Of a stretch of 64,000 nt of DNA, positions 1-10,124 are shown in pieces. Position 1 is the stretch's first letter; the number at the start of each line of letters is the position of its first letter. The stretch is taken from NCBI GenBank assembly GCA_016844925.1, contig JAERTI010000055.1, positions 1,459 to 65,458 on the forward strand. The letters are read 5' to 3'. The notes under the pieces were generated by a model. That model was not told the DNA's origin. It was given only the letters and a program-made list of their open reading frames with translations, and ran no database searches. The translations under genes were made by a program, and so were the position numbers. Source of the DNA: Candidatus Uhrbacteria bacterium (lineage in GTDB: Bacteria > Patescibacteriota > Patescibacteriia > UBA9934 > GWF2-40-263).

Positions 1-1758
1 GAGTAAGAACGTGAAACTTAGTGACCCCGTCTGACCCGGCTCCACAGAGAGAAACCCTCCAAACGATGTCAGCCCAAGCTCCCCGACAACATCTGTCTCA
101 ACACTTGCTTGAAGAAGTTCAGAACCCTCTGGGACATACACCCGTGTATAGGTGCGGTAGCGCGTGGTCTTGTAATCAAATGTACCTGTGTGATTGTAAG
201 TGACAACAACTTCCCCCATCCACTGACCGAGGCTGTTGCGACTAATGTCATAAGCAATCGCTCTCTCGACAACAGGATCTGTTTTGAGCGCGGCAAGGTT
301 CGCATCCACTACCATAAGGGTATCCACCTCCCCTGGCTCTATAGCGCCACCCCAACCAACACGCTCAATCATCTCCTGTACTTGCTCATCCGTCGAAAAG
401 AGAAGAAGCTGCTTGGCATCAAGCGCTTCACGCGCGTAGACGAACACCGTCTCCCACTCAGCATAAGAAAGCTGGTACAGACGTGACTTCATCTCATCAA
501 TCAAATCAGCGAGAATCTCTTTTCGTTGCGATACGGGAATCCCCTCCGCCTTAAATCCAAACTGAACTTGATACTCCAGAGCATCGGCAACATTCTCTGC
601 CGTGAACGTCTGTCCACCAACGTCAATTGACCCGGTGACCTCTAACAACTTTGATGCAAAGGTCGGCGTGAGAGCTATCACATGATCGATCTGATCTGTG
701 TGTGGAACACTCGAACCCTCCTCAAGGTAGCTTGCCTCCTGCAAAAACAGCTCTATTCCCTTTTGTGTAGAGATAGCGAAGTCTGGCGACCAATTGCTAT
801 CTCTGAAAAACCACTGCGTTGCAGCATTGTAGTCCTTAAGGGGTGCTGGCGGTTCAGCGACCACCTGTTCTGCCACCGCATTATCAAGCGTGTAGACATC
901 AGCCGTCTCCATGTGCTCGATGTCACCACCGTCAACCTCAAGAACTCCATAGGACCCGATAAACCCACCCCCCGGACGGATCTCGTCATTGTTTAAAAAC
1001 AGGAGGAGGTTTGTTGACGACTCCTGCAGTCCCGCATAGGCCGGCAGTAGACGCGCCCCGATCGAAAGAAGATCCAGCTGCTCTTCCAACAGAGATAGCT
1101 GCTCACGCACAGGATCAAGCATGCTCACGATGGGATCGAGAGCCGTTGCTCCAGCAAGTAGATCAATCTCTTCTTGAGCAATGCTGATCTGCGCAATCAA
1201 CAAATCGATTTCATCCGCAGATGCCGCAAGGCGTGCAAGCACGGCGCGCTTGGTCTCAGTTGAGAGGTCGTCAAACGTCACCTCTGGCGACAATCCACTC
1301 TGCACACTGTCGAGATACTCTTGTGAAATCCCTGCAAGCTGCATCATGTCTTGCCCAAGATCAAAAAGTGGATCAAGCGCAACGGCAATAGCAGAGCTTG
1401 TCTGGATCAACTCCGAGATAGAGGCCACATAGGTACCAACGCGCGGTATCCAAGCAACGGTCACCAGGATGGGTAATCGTCTCTCAGCCATGCTCAGATT
1501 CTCTTGAGCGCCTGAGAGTGTCTCCCGAGCACGCTCAAAAGAAAAAGCCTGTGCCTCATCCTTGGCAACAAGCAACTGATCACGAGCGTCAGACACATGA
1601 GCAAATACCTGACTCGTCACGACAACGAGGCAGACCGTCCATGCAAGAACCAAAATCAATGTGGATACAAAAAGTGTTCGCAGGATGCGCCTACGCTTGT
1701 GCTGCCTCTGCTGCGCTTTAGGCTCGGCTCGATGGAGAAAATTGAGGCTGTGACTCAT
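1..1758 (-). CDS. DUF4012-domain membrane protein (N-terminal part; C-terminus lies beyond window start)
   Basis: Hand translation of the minus strand from ATG at 1758 (ATGA overlap with the upstream GT2 stop) gives MSHSLNFL.., an N-terminal TM helix, then ..LLLFLNNDEIRPGGGFIGSYGVLEVDGG.., the hallmark of DUF4012 proteins found in cell-wall polysaccharide loci. No in-frame stop before position 1. Not in the ORF track because it is truncated by the window edge. Confidence 0.65.
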   Translation of the reverse strand, partial: MSHSLNFLHRAEPKAQQRQHKRRRILRTLFVSTLILVLAWTVCLVVVTSQVFAHVSDARDQLLVAKDEAQAFSFERARETLSGAQENLSMAERRLPILVTVAWIPRVGTYVASISELIQTSSAIAVALDPLFDLGQDMMQLAGISQEYLDSVQSGLSPEVTFDDLSTETKRAVLARLAASADEIDLLIAQISIAQEEIDLLAGATALDPIVSMLDPVREQLSLLEEQLDLLSIGARLLPAYAGLQESSTNLLLFLNNDEIRPGGGFIGSYGVLEVDGGDIEHMETADVYTLDNAVAEQVVAEPPAPLKDYNAATQWFFRDSNWSPDFAISTQKGIELFLQEASYLEEGSSVPHTDQIDHVIALTPTFASKLLEVTGSIDVGGQTFTAENVADALEYQVQFGFKAEGIPVSQRKEILADLIDEMKSRLYQLSYAEWETVFVYAREALDAKQLLLFSTDEQVQEMIERVGWGGAIEPGEVDTLMVVDANLAALKTDPVVERAIAYDISRNSLGQWMGEVVVTYNHTGTFDYKTTRYRTYTRVYVPEGSELLQASVETDVVGELGLTSFGGFLSVEPGQTGSLSFTFLL

Positions 1759-2561
1759 GAACGCTCACGATACTTCTTATAGTAGTATAGCGCACTTTTA
1801 ATCTGTACCCGCGTCAGAGGGTTCAAAAGCTGCTTCACAAATCCCCCCTCAGCTGTTTCCCGACGATGGTAGTGAATTAATTCAACCTGCGGGTGATACA
1901 CTACACGCCAATCAGCTAGCCAGAACCGACGGCACCAATCCTGATCTTCAAAATAAACAAAAAAGTTTGGATCAAATCCCCCCACCTGCTCATAGGCCTC
2001 ACGACGGACAAACATCGCCGCGCCAAGAATATAGTCGACGTTCTGCGTTCGCGAGAGATCCGCGTCCGCACGCATATAATTCTCAACGGTCCTCTTGGCA
2101 AAACCCATCCCACGCAAGACGGGCACCCGGCGATACAAAATCACCTGCGGCTCCATGAAGTTGTAGGCACTGTACTGGAGCGAACCGTCTGGATTTGAAA
2201 GTCGTGGACCAACCATCCCAATATCAGGATGCTCTTCCATGAACGTTATGAGCTTCTCAAGCGCCCCATCGGTCAGGATCATGTCCGGATTAAAGATGAA
2301 CAAGAAACGTCCTAATGCCTGCTCCATGGCCATATTCATTCCACGACCAAAACCAACATTCTCGGGTGAAGTCAAAACCTTCACCTCAGGAAACTCGGAC
2401 AGGACCTTCTCTTTTACCCGCATGGCGGGGTTGTTGTCGACCACAATAATCTCAAACGAACACTCCGGTTTTGAACGGTAAATTCCCTTCAGCGTCTGAC
2501 GCAGAAGCCCTGGAGTGTTGTAGTGCACGATAAGAATCGAAACATCCGTCATACAAACCAT
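1755..2561 (-). CDS. family 2 glycosyltransferase
   Basis: 268 aa; N-terminal ..ILIVHYNTPGLLRQTL..FEIIVVDNN.. and a DxD-type GT-A fold pattern typical of GT2. Confidence 0.8.
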   Translation of the reverse strand: MVCMTDVSILIVHYNTPGLLRQTLKGIYRSKPECSFEIIVVDNNPAMRVKEKVLSEFPEVKVLTSPENVGFGRGMNMAMEQALGRFLFIFNPDMILTDGALEKLITFMEEHPDIGMVGPRLSNPDGSLQYSAYNFMEPQVILYRRVPVLRGMGFAKRTVENYMRADADLSRTQNVDYILGAAMFVRREAYEQVGGFDPNFFVYFEDQDWCRRFWLADWRVVYHPQVELIHYHRRETAEGGFVKQLLNPLTRVQIKSALYYYKKYRERS

Positions 2562-3637
2562 TTTCTCAAATCTCGAGCCCGAACCTCACTCGACTGAAGT
2601 GTTGCGCGTCGTTTAACCCACATCACCGGAATTAATCGAACGGCATCGAATATCGCCCTGAATCCACCCTTCTCAAATGCGAGCACGTACATAAACCGAA
2701 GCCCTTCATACACCACGATCCATGGAAGAGCCAATAGCAAGTTTGAGAAACGAAGATTTTTCACGAGGAGCAACCAGTGATTCCGTGTCGAGAAGTAATT
2801 CCTCACAGACGATTTAATCCGACGATTCCGAATGCGCTCCCAGAGACCCATCTTCTCCGGTCCATACATTCCACGATAGTGATATGCAACGGCACTTGGA
2901 ACGTACAGTGACGGCCACCCAGCGTGCTGCAATCTCCAGGCCAGGTCCACATCTTCCTTGTACGCAAAAAAATCTTGATCAAAAAATTCATCACCGTACC
3001 GTGTCTCCTGCAAGGCTCGTCCACGATAGAGTGTCAGGGCTCCACTGATACCAAACACCTGCTCCACTTCATCGTACTGACCACGATCAAGCTCCCCTGC
3101 CCCACGGTCCGCCACCGTACGATTGCGCCGCGGGTTCAATCCCGCAGAGTCAAAGCGATCTGATCGAATCGTCTCTCGCAACACCTCATCAGCCAGGTTC
3201 TCACCAAACGCTCGCAATAGCTTTCCACCAAAACTCCCCATCTCAGGATGAACCTGCACCACGGCCATGAGATTCTCTAAATACGTCTCAGACAAAATAA
3301 CGTCTGGATTTGTGACGAGAATGTAGCGCTCCTTCCCCCCCTCCCAGTGATCCAGTGCATAGCGAATCCCCTGGTTGTGAGCAGCAGAGAACCCTAAGTT
3401 TCTGGCATTTCGAATAACGGTCGTTTCCGGGTAGTTCTCCCGCAAAAACGCCTCTGCCCCATCGCTTGAACCATTGTCTATGACAAGCACGTTGAAATCC
3501 CTGTAGGTCTGACCCATAATGGACTTCATAAGGTCCGGAAGGAACTCCATGGAGTTCCAGACCACAATATTGATACTTATTGAGGGATCTGACATAACAG
3601 GGCTATGGTAGACAATCAAGAGCAACAAAACAACCAT
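2549..3637 (-). CDS. family 2 glycosyltransferase
   Basis: 362 aa; ISINIVVWNSMEFLPDLMKSIMGQTY.DFNVLVIDNGSSDG is a classic GT2 N-terminus. Overlaps the downstream GT2 by 13 nt (operon). Confidence 0.8.
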   Translation of the reverse strand: MVVLLLLIVYHSPVMSDPSISINIVVWNSMEFLPDLMKSIMGQTYRDFNVLVIDNGSSDGAEAFLRENYPETTVIRNARNLGFSAAHNQGIRYALDHWEGGKERYILVTNPDVILSETYLENLMAVVQVHPEMGSFGGKLLRAFGENLADEVLRETIRSDRFDSAGLNPRRNRTVADRGAGELDRGQYDEVEQVFGISGALTLYRGRALQETRYGDEFFDQDFFAYKEDVDLAWRLQHAGWPSLYVPSAVAYHYRGMYGPEKMGLWERIRNRRIKSSVRNYFSTRNHWLLLVKNLRFSNLLLALPWIVVYEGLRFMYVLAFEKGGFRAIFDAVRLIPVMWVKRRATLQSSEVRARDLRKWFV

Positions 3638-3898
3638 TGGTTCATACCCAAGCGTTATGGGTATGGCATAGAACCCGTCACTTGGCAGGGTTGGCTTATG
3701 ACATTGGTGTTTATTGGCATCGTTATTGGAGCAGCCATCGTCGATTTTCCCGTGAAAGACGAACCTTCTCCGAGACAGGTTGGGCGCTTTTTCATCGACC
3801 TCTTCCTGCTTACATCCCTCTTCCTCATAATCTCATTACCTAAAACGAAAGGTAAGATGCGCTGGCGTTGGGGTCAGCGTGATGAAGATGCACTATGA
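3605..3898 (+). CDS. small 2-TM membrane protein (hypothetical)
   Basis: 97 aa with two hydrophobic helices. Its stop overlaps the NUDIX start as ATGA (translational coupling). Overlaps the divergent GT2 start by ~30 nt, so uncertain. Confidence 0.4.
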   Translation: MVDNQEQQNNHWFIPKRYGYGIEPVTWQGWLMTLVFIGIVIGAAIVDFPVKDEPSPRQVGRFFIDLFLLTSLFLIISLPKTKGKMRWRWGQRDEDAL

Positions 3899-4608
3899 AT
3901 ACACAAAGGCCAAAGGTTGGTGTGGGGGTACTGGTTGTAAAAGACGGCAAGGTTTTGCTTGGCAAGCGCAAGGGTGCGCATGGTGAGGGGACATGGCATT
4001 TCCCAGGGGGCCACTTGGAAGGTGGTGAATCCTGGGAAGATTGTGCGCGCAGAGAGACCATGGAAGAAGCCGGGATACAGATCAAGAACCTCAGGCTCTT
4101 TGCGACCATTAATGATGTTCACCCAAACTGGGGGCAGCACTACGTCACCTTGTTGATGCAGGCCGATCATGACCAGGGAGAGGCTCGTGTCTGCGAACCA
4201 AATAAATGTGAACAGTGGGACTGGTTCCGTTGGGAAGAAATGCCTGAGCCTCTCTTTGAACCAATACAAGCCGCTCTAAACCAAGGCCTACACCCACTCT
4301 CTCTCACGCACGACAAGCTCGTGCGCGACAAAATCCCAGAGATTATCGAGCTCAGCGGAGATGTGGCCGTGATTCATACGGCTGACGAAAAAGAGTATCG
4401 CTTGCGCCTTCGCGCAAAACTCATTGAAGAAGTGAACGAGTATTTGGAGTCAGGATCACCAGAAGAACTCGCTGACATTCTCGAGGTCATCCACTCCCTC
4501 ACCGCCCTCGACGGCGTATCTCGTGAGCAACTCCAACTCATCCAAACAAAAAAGCGCGATGAGCGCGGTGGGTTTACTCAGCGGATTGTCCTTGATGAAA
4601 CCCGGTGA
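3895..4608 (+). CDS. NUDIX hydrolase fused to MazG-like NTP pyrophosphohydrolase domain
   Basis: N-terminal Nudix box [25 protein letters not shown]-terminal [33 protein letters not shown] is typical of the MazG/HisE-like all-alpha NTP-PPase domain. Confidence 0.75.
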   Translation: MNTQRPKVGVGVLVVKDGKVLLGKRKGAHGEGTWHFPGGHLEGGESWEDCARRETMEEAGIQIKNLRLFATINDVHPNWGQHYVTLLMQADHDQGEARVCEPNKCEQWDWFRWEEMPEPLFEPIQAALNQGLHPLSLTHDKLVRDKIPEIIELSGDVAVIHTADEKEYRLRLRAKLIEEVNEYLESGSPEELADILEVIHSLTALDGVSREQLQLIQTKKRDERGGFTQRIVLDETR

Positions 4609-6093
4609 TCAACGTGCCTTCTTTGTCACATCAAACCCAAGATACTTTCCTACCATCAGACGTGTCTGTGCATCGATCGCCGGGAAAGACCCAAAGACAA
4701 TAAACGTAATCGGCAACAAGGCCCACTGCAAAAGCATCACCACCCAGGTGTGCTTTTTAATTTGCTTTGGTCGACGTGGAAGCAATGTAAGTGAAACCAG
4801 AGCAGAGATAAGGATTCCAATCATCGCCAGCTGCATCAGGTGCTGCAAGGTAAATGGTGCTGCCTGAATCAGTGCCTCACCACGGCCTGTTGCCACCCAC
4901 AAGGGCAACCAACCAAGAACAAACATAATGATCGGCGCTGTGGCCCACGTCCACATCCCTTCAAGGTGATTGAACAAGTAACGTATACGTATACCCAGAG
5001 GGATGCCCTTATGGCGCCGGAAGCCATCAATCATGTAAGGCAAGTGCTCTACCCCCCAAGCCCAACGGCGCATCTGTTTGTAGAGCGCTGCGAGTGACTC
5101 ACGATAGGTCTTTCCTGTGACAGCATCCATGGACACTGGTAGGAACATCGGTGTCACTCGGTAGTCACCGCGATAGTGCAGGAACGCTTGCATGAAAATA
5201 CGTGAATCCTCGCTCACAATATCCTTCTGCCAGAACCGAACATCTTTCAACATCTTCCACGGCATAGAATGCGATGAGAACGTCCAGAGCCTATCTGGAC
5301 GTGTCAGCTCGCCGAATAACCAGAACGTTGTACCAAAGGCTCCAATTCTCACCGGCGCAGAGGAAGTCCAGATATTGTTTGAAAAGAGCGCAATTGGCTG
5401 GAACGAGCTACGCGTTGGATCCTCCACGGTCGCATAAAGATATGTCAGGTAAGAGAAGTACTGCGGATGAGCGATCGTATCGACGTCAAACGCAGAGACA
5501 ACAATATCCTCGTCCTTAAGCTCTGGAAACTCTTGAGCAAGCACCTCTTCGAGTCGGTGCCCCATCCAGTTCAGGTTAGATCCCTTACCAGGGATCTCCC
5601 CAGGGAGTCCCTTGGGATGAATGGTCGAGATGAGCCGAAGGAATACGTTTCCAAACTCCTTTTGAGCCCGAACTGTGTGATTCTTAAATGCCTGCTCATC
5701 CGCCTGCTCACCTCCAAGCACCACAATCATCCGCTTACTTGGAAATGGACTCTCCTGCAAAGAGCGGAGCGTTGTACGAATAATGTCGTATCCCTCCTTG
5801 TACGTCGGAAGAAAAACCACGTGGTGAATACGCTCAACACCCTCCACATCAGCAAGCTTTTCCTGCCAATCGATCTGAGCTGTTCGCTTAAACTTTCGCC
5901 ATGAGATCAAGACGAAGATATTGAAATACAGCACCCGAAAGAGCCACAGGAGATCAAAGACGATAATGAATACAATCACCCAAAGAGGCTTGTAAAAAGA
6001 GAGGGACAGGGCGAGCAGAAAAGTTCCCCAAACCGTTAGGCCGGGGAACATCTCCCAAAAACGCATTTTTCCGTAAGTGTAGGGTTGCGACAT
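4609..6093 (-). CDS. processive family 2 glycosyltransferase (cellulose/chitin/hyaluronan-synthase-like), multi-TM
   Basis: 494 aa with N- and C-terminal TM helices around a GT2 core. QxxRW motif (..YKQMRRWAWG..) is diagnostic of processive beta-glycan synthases. Confidence 0.75.
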   Translation of the reverse strand: MSQPYTYGKMRFWEMFPGLTVWGTFLLALSLSFYKPLWVIVFIIVFDLLWLFRVLYFNIFVLISWRKFKRTAQIDWQEKLADVEGVERIHHVVFLPTYKEGYDIIRTTLRSLQESPFPSKRMIVVLGGEQADEQAFKNHTVRAQKEFGNVFLRLISTIHPKGLPGEIPGKGSNLNWMGHRLEEVLAQEFPELKDEDIVVSAFDVDTIAHPQYFSYLTYLYATVEDPTRSSFQPIALFSNNIWTSSAPVRIGAFGTTFWLFGELTRPDRLWTFSSHSMPWKMLKDVRFWQKDIVSEDSRIFMQAFLHYRGDYRVTPMFLPVSMDAVTGKTYRESLAALYKQMRRWAWGVEHLPYMIDGFRRHKGIPLGIRIRYLFNHLEGMWTWATAPIIMFVLGWLPLWVATGRGEALIQAAPFTLQHLMQLAMIGILISALVSLTLLPRRPKQIKKHTWVVMLLQWALLPITFIVFGSFPAIDAQTRLMVGKYLGFDVTKKAR

Positions 6094-6773
6094 TACTTCT
6101 CTGAAGAGATATCTCTCTTTAACCGATCAAGGAATTTATTGGCATGATCTTTTCCACCCAGACCAAACGCGAGCCCGCCAGCAAGAGCAAGCATGGCCAC
6201 AAGTCCGGTGAAGAGAACGCGAATCAGCTCTGGGGCAATCTGCAACTGAACCAGTGCTGCCATAAAGGTAAACACCAAGATGGCCCACTTTGCCACACCA
6301 GAAAGAAAATCTGCTGACTCAAGCTTTGCTGCCTCAACAGAGGACTTCACAACGTTCTGAACAAAATTTCCGAGTAAAATACCTGCAAGCAGAATGATGA
6401 CTGCGATAATCACGTTTGGAATGAAGAGCACCACCTGCCCGAGATAATCCGTCACCTGATCCCAACCGAGGATGTCCGTAGCGGCAATAAGGGCAATGAC
6501 GATGAAGAACCATTTCACGATCCACCCGAGCAAGCCACCGATGTGCAGACGCAGGCCAACACGATCGAACTGAGAGGTTATCTCAAGACGTTTTGCCAAC
6601 TCATCGATGCGCAAAAGTGTGACCACCTTAATGACCACCGTTCGTAGAACATGTGCCACGATGACACCGATAAGAAAAACGAGAATCGCTCCCAGCAGGT
6701 TTGGCAGGTAAGCAATCACTGTATCCCATAGCTCCAGTAGCGGCCCTTGAAGAATTTCTTCAGTAAAAGACAT
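6093..6773 (-). CDS. membrane protein with duplicated MscS-type conserved TM-helix repeats
   Basis: 226 aa, internally repeated hydrophobic helices (LLGAILVFLIGVIVAHVL.. / ..VIIAVIILLAGILLGNFVQNVV) resembling the 'conserved TM helix' unit of mechanosensitive channels. Start overlaps the stop of the downstream synthase. Confidence 0.5.
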   Translation of the reverse strand: MSFTEEILQGPLLELWDTVIAYLPNLLGAILVFLIGVIVAHVLRTVVIKVVTLLRIDELAKRLEITSQFDRVGLRLHIGGLLGWIVKWFFIVIALIAATDILGWDQVTDYLGQVVLFIPNVIIAVIILLAGILLGNFVQNVVKSSVEAAKLESADFLSGVAKWAILVFTFMAALVQLQIAPELIRVLFTGLVAMLALAGGLAFGLGGKDHANKFLDRLKRDISSEK

Positions 6774-6846
6774 ATGTTTTTAGGCTAATAATGTTGATTT
6801 TACAGTAGCATTTTCCCCCACCCCTTTCTACTTCTTATCCCCACAC

Positions 6847-7239
6847 CTAGGCACTCTTTGTAATCATAGGTGGCCGATCATAAGAAGGTAGAACAAATCC
6901 TTGTTCAGGCAGTTGCAGAAGATCCACTTCAGCAAGAAGATCACCCAGAGGTCTCTTGTCTGTATTCTCCAGGCCCCAGACTGGGATCTTCTGCGTCAGC
7001 GCCAGACTGTTGGCAAGCGTCACAGAGACTCGACTGGCGGTAAAAGACCCTGGGCCTGTCACCACAATCACCCCCTTTAAATCCTGAATCGAAAGCCCCC
7101 ACTTCTCTAGCGCCTTATCAAGAGAATCGAGATGCTGCTCCGGAGGAACCAAAAAAACCTCGCTTTGAACAATATTCTTTCCATCAAACAATGCGAGGAT
7201 TAACTCTGAAATGTCTTGTGAGGCAATAGCCAAGTGCAT
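6847..7239 (-). CDS. tsaB: tRNA threonylcarbamoyladenosine biosynthesis protein TsaB (short form)
   Basis: MHLAIASQD..ALFDGKNIV.......LDSLDKALEKWGLSIQDLKGVIVVTGPGSFTASRVSVTLANSLALTQKIPVWGL matches the TsaB/YeaZ N-terminal domain. Only 130 aa; the usual C-terminal half is absent. Confidence 0.7.
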   Translation of the reverse strand: MHLAIASQDISELILALFDGKNIVQSEVFLVPPEQHLDSLDKALEKWGLSIQDLKGVIVVTGPGSFTASRVSVTLANSLALTQKIPVWGLENTDKRPLGDLLAEVDLLQLPEQGFVLPSYDRPPMITKSA

Positions 7240-7240
7240 A

Positions 7241-7846
7241 TTACACTGTGAGATTATCGACCATCACCACCTTTTCTCCATTCAAAATTGAAAGCAAGAA
7301 TCGATCTGCCACCTGCCGTCGATCAAGAAACTCGTCCTTTGGCATCAAGGTGTAATTGATCTCATAAGGAATCTCCTCCTCAAACTTAGTGATCATCTTT
7401 TCAAGATCAGCCTGTTTAATCTTTCCTACGATCAGAATGTCCGTCGCGATCTCTGTCGCATCAACGAAACGTCCAGTGAACGCAAAATAGTCAATTTGCC
7501 CCTTCTCCTGAAGATCTTGGACAAAATTCTTCTTCAATAAGATTTGTACTTTCTGAAAGAGAGAACGTAGATCTTCAAAAAGAATAAAGTCTGTATTCAC
7601 CTGGTAATACTTCTTTTTCTCTGAAAGACGCTTGGTTTCCTTTGCAAGGCCTTTTTTCTCGATAATCAAGCCAAGTTCAATCAAATTACTGAGTTCTCTC
7701 CGCACGGAGTTCAACTGTGCATCGATTCTGCGCGTCAGTTCGCGAACAAAAAACGACTCATCTGGGTGCTGTAGAAATAGCGCCATCAAACGAGCTCGTG
7801 TCTTTGAGCCAAACATCTGCTCAATTTTAAAGGGGTTTTTACTCAT
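7241..7846 (-). CDS. winged-helix transcriptional regulator with C-terminal uncharacterised domain
   Basis: Real start taken at internal ATG (MSKNPFKIEQMFGSKTRARLMALFL..FFVRELTRRIDAQLNSVRRELSNLIELGLI). The longer ORF-track extension to 8305 is not protein-like and overlaps the convincing plus-strand gene. Confidence 0.55.
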   Translation of the reverse strand: MSKNPFKIEQMFGSKTRARLMALFLQHPDESFFVRELTRRIDAQLNSVRRELSNLIELGLIIEKKGLAKETKRLSEKKKYYQVNTDFILFEDLRSLFQKVQILLKKNFVQDLQEKGQIDYFAFTGRFVDATEIATDILIVGKIKQADLEKMITKFEEEIPYEINYTLMPKDEFLDRRQVADRFLLSILNGEKVVMVDNLTV

Positions 7847-7922
7847 ATGGATTTCGGTTGCACCTCCATCGCATCCGGGTATAATGTACACAAATGACAA
7901 ATGGAGGGCAAATGGAAATCGC

Positions 7923-10124
7923 ATGAATATCAAAGCATCCCAATACGAGCCCACGAGTCCAGAGGAAAAGATTCGAGGGACATCTGTCCTTCTCCCGGTC
8001 GCCGATCGAGGAGGATATGTGTTCATGTTGGCGTACACAAAGAAGGAAAATGCCGACACAGAACTCCTCCTTGAGACCCTCATAGACCAAATCCATCGCC
8101 TTGCCGATTCTTTTGGGAAAGAATCGAACCCACAGCACCGCTTTGAACAATTTCTTGGCGCATTGAATGAAACGCTCTCGAGCCATGTCAGAGAGGGGCG
8201 CTGGACCGTTCCCATCAATAACGTGCACGCTATTGTAGGCATTGTCTCCGGTGGGCAAATGTTTCTCTCTGGAACCGGAGAGCTCACAGCCCTGTTCTTG
8301 CACAAGAAACCTTCACAGCGCTACCAGATCTATAATCTCTTCCGTGGCATTCAAACAGAGCAATCGCTCCCGACCTGGGAAAAACCTTTCGCTGTGGTTC
8401 TTGACGGTGATCTCCACGAAGGAGACGTCTTCTGTGTTTCAGACAAAGACTTGCAGCAAGCCATCGAAACCGATGAGCTTAATGGCATACTTTCAACACT
8501 CCCCCCTGTAAGTGCCGTTGAAAAAATCCGACAGTATTTCTCCCACAAGGACCCTCTCCTTTTAGTGATCATCAAACTCGATGATGGCTCCACAGCAAGC
8601 ATTGCCCCAGAGAGCGGATCGCCCGCCGTTCAACGAGCAGATGTTTCTGTTGAAGAACTTCTCGACACAGAAACATCTACCAGTCGCTTCCTTGAGGACC
8701 AGCGCCCAAGCATCTCCTCTCTTTTTCGGGGAGTCCAGCAATGGGTAAAGACAAAAACACAGTCAAAGTCCCGAATTCTCCAGGACCTCAATACAGAACG
8801 ATCATTTGTCACAACGCTCAAACGCCTTGGTCGAACCCTCATGCGCGGAATCATCTTCCTTGCAAAACGCTCGGTGAAACACGCCAAACGTGCCGTGCTA
8901 GCCCTGAAGAAAAAAGAATCACGTGAGCACATCAAGCAACAGGTACTGACTGGCGGCGGAGCAAAGGACCGAGCTCGCGCCATCATGCAATCGGCACAAC
9001 GCGTGCCCCGCTCTACCCTCTTTCTTGTACTAGGCGTCCTCATCGCCGTCATTATCCTTGCTGTTGGTATTTCCACCATCTCAAAGTCGCAGGCTCGCTC
9101 AGCTGAAGAAGAAGCCTATGCCAAACGCCTTACCACCATTGAGGACACCATCGAGCGTGCAGCCAGTGCTGTCATTTACAAAGATGAGGATCAAGCGCGC
9201 ACACTCTATCTAAACGCCGAAACGCTCATCGAAGAGCTCCCAACCGACACACCAGAACGCACCCAGAAAGTCTCTGAACTCACAGCAGACATCCAAGCGG
9301 CCATGGATGATATTCGTCACCTAGTTACTATTCCTAACCCACCATTGCTTGGAGACCTTGCCACGGTTACAGATGGCGTCTTTGGAAACGCTTTGGTTCA
9401 GACGCCAGACTCACTTTACGTTTTTGGTTCCGATGGGCGCGCGTATGAACTGAATCGTTCACAAAAAAGCTTTGACGTCTCCAGTGAAGCCCCTGAATCA
9501 GGAAGTATCGCTCAGCTGGGAACCCAAGAGGACGGCCGTGTCTACACCATGGACTCCATCGGAGAGATCTACCAGGTCACTGACACTGGAGCCAACAGTG
9601 TGAACCTGATCGACCCAAGCTGGGTAGACCTACAGGCCTATGCCGATCGCCTCTACCTGCTGCGTCCATCTTCCTCTGACCAAGAAGGTCAGATTGTGCG
9701 CTACACCCGAAGCGGATCTGAGTTCACTTCAGAAACAAACTGGATTACCTCCCGCACCGTTTCCTTTGACAATGCTGTGTCACTCACCATCGACGGCACC
9801 GTCTACGTGCTCATGCGCGACGGAAGCATCTCCCGATTCAGCAGCGGAAGCGAGGACGGCTGGGCTGCCGGAGCGGTTGAACCACGCATCACAGGCGCCA
9901 CAAGCATTTGGACGGACGCGGATTCATCCTATGTCTACGTCCTTGAGCCAAGTACTCAACGATTGATTGTCTTTGATAAGACCTCTGGTGAATTCTTAGT
10001 CCAATATTCCTCAAGCACCTTCACAGATCTCACAGACTTCGTGGTTGACGAATCGGACTACACCATTTATCTTCTAGCCGGATCGAAGCTCTACAGCATC
10101 GCCACTTCACATATCGATGAATAA
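7923..10124 (+). CDS. transmembrane signalling protein: N-terminal PP2C-like (possibly catalytically divergent) domain, single TM, C-terminal beta-propeller-like repeats
   Basis: Start ATG 7923 is preceded by GGAGGG (7903-7908) and a TATAAT at 7880-7885. Residues ~30-230 show a PP2C-fold pattern (..ADRGGYVFMLAY.., ..AIVGIVSGGQMFLSGTGELTALFL.., ..DGDLHEGDVFCVSDKDL.., ..LLLVIIKLDD) but lack the canonical DGHGG. TM helix LFLVLGVLIAVIILAVGI. The C-terminal 300 aa have repeated G-x-x-Y/V-L beta-strand units. Confidence 0.55.
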   Translation: MNIKASQYEPTSPEEKIRGTSVLLPVADRGGYVFMLAYTKKENADTELLLETLIDQIHRLADSFGKESNPQHRFEQFLGALNETLSSHVREGRWTVPINNVHAIVGIVSGGQMFLSGTGELTALFLHKKPSQRYQIYNLFRGIQTEQSLPTWEKPFAVVLDGDLHEGDVFCVSDKDLQQAIETDELNGILSTLPPVSAVEKIRQYFSHKDPLLLVIIKLDDGSTASIAPESGSPAVQRADVSVEELLDTETSTSRFLEDQRPSISSLFRGVQQWVKTKTQSKSRILQDLNTERSFVTTLKRLGRTLMRGIIFLAKRSVKHAKRAVLALKKKESREHIKQQVLTGGGAKDRARAIMQSAQRVPRSTLFLVLGVLIAVIILAVGISTISKSQARSAEEEAYAKRLTTIEDTIERAASAVIYKDEDQARTLYLNAETLIEELPTDTPERTQKVSELTADIQAAMDDIRHLVTIPNPPLLGDLATVTDGVFGNALVQTPDSLYVFGSDGRAYELNRSQKSFDVSSEAPESGSIAQLGTQEDGRVYTMDSIGEIYQVTDTGANSVNLIDPSWVDLQAYADRLYLLRPSSSDQEGQIVRYTRSGSEFTSETNWITSRTVSFDNAVSLTIDGTVYVLMRDGSISRFSSGSEDGWAAGAVEPRITGATSIWTDADSSYVYVLEPSTQRLIVFDKTSGEFLVQYSSSTFTDLTDFVVDESDYTIYLLAGSKLYSIATSHIDE

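Noticed and set aside
7632-7922. N-terminal extension of the 830-aa ORF, and extension of the minus-strand ORF to 8305
   Set aside because: The two extensions overlap each other antisense and the translations are not protein-like. Internal ATGs at 7923 (with GGAGGG) and 7846 give non-overlapping divergent genes.
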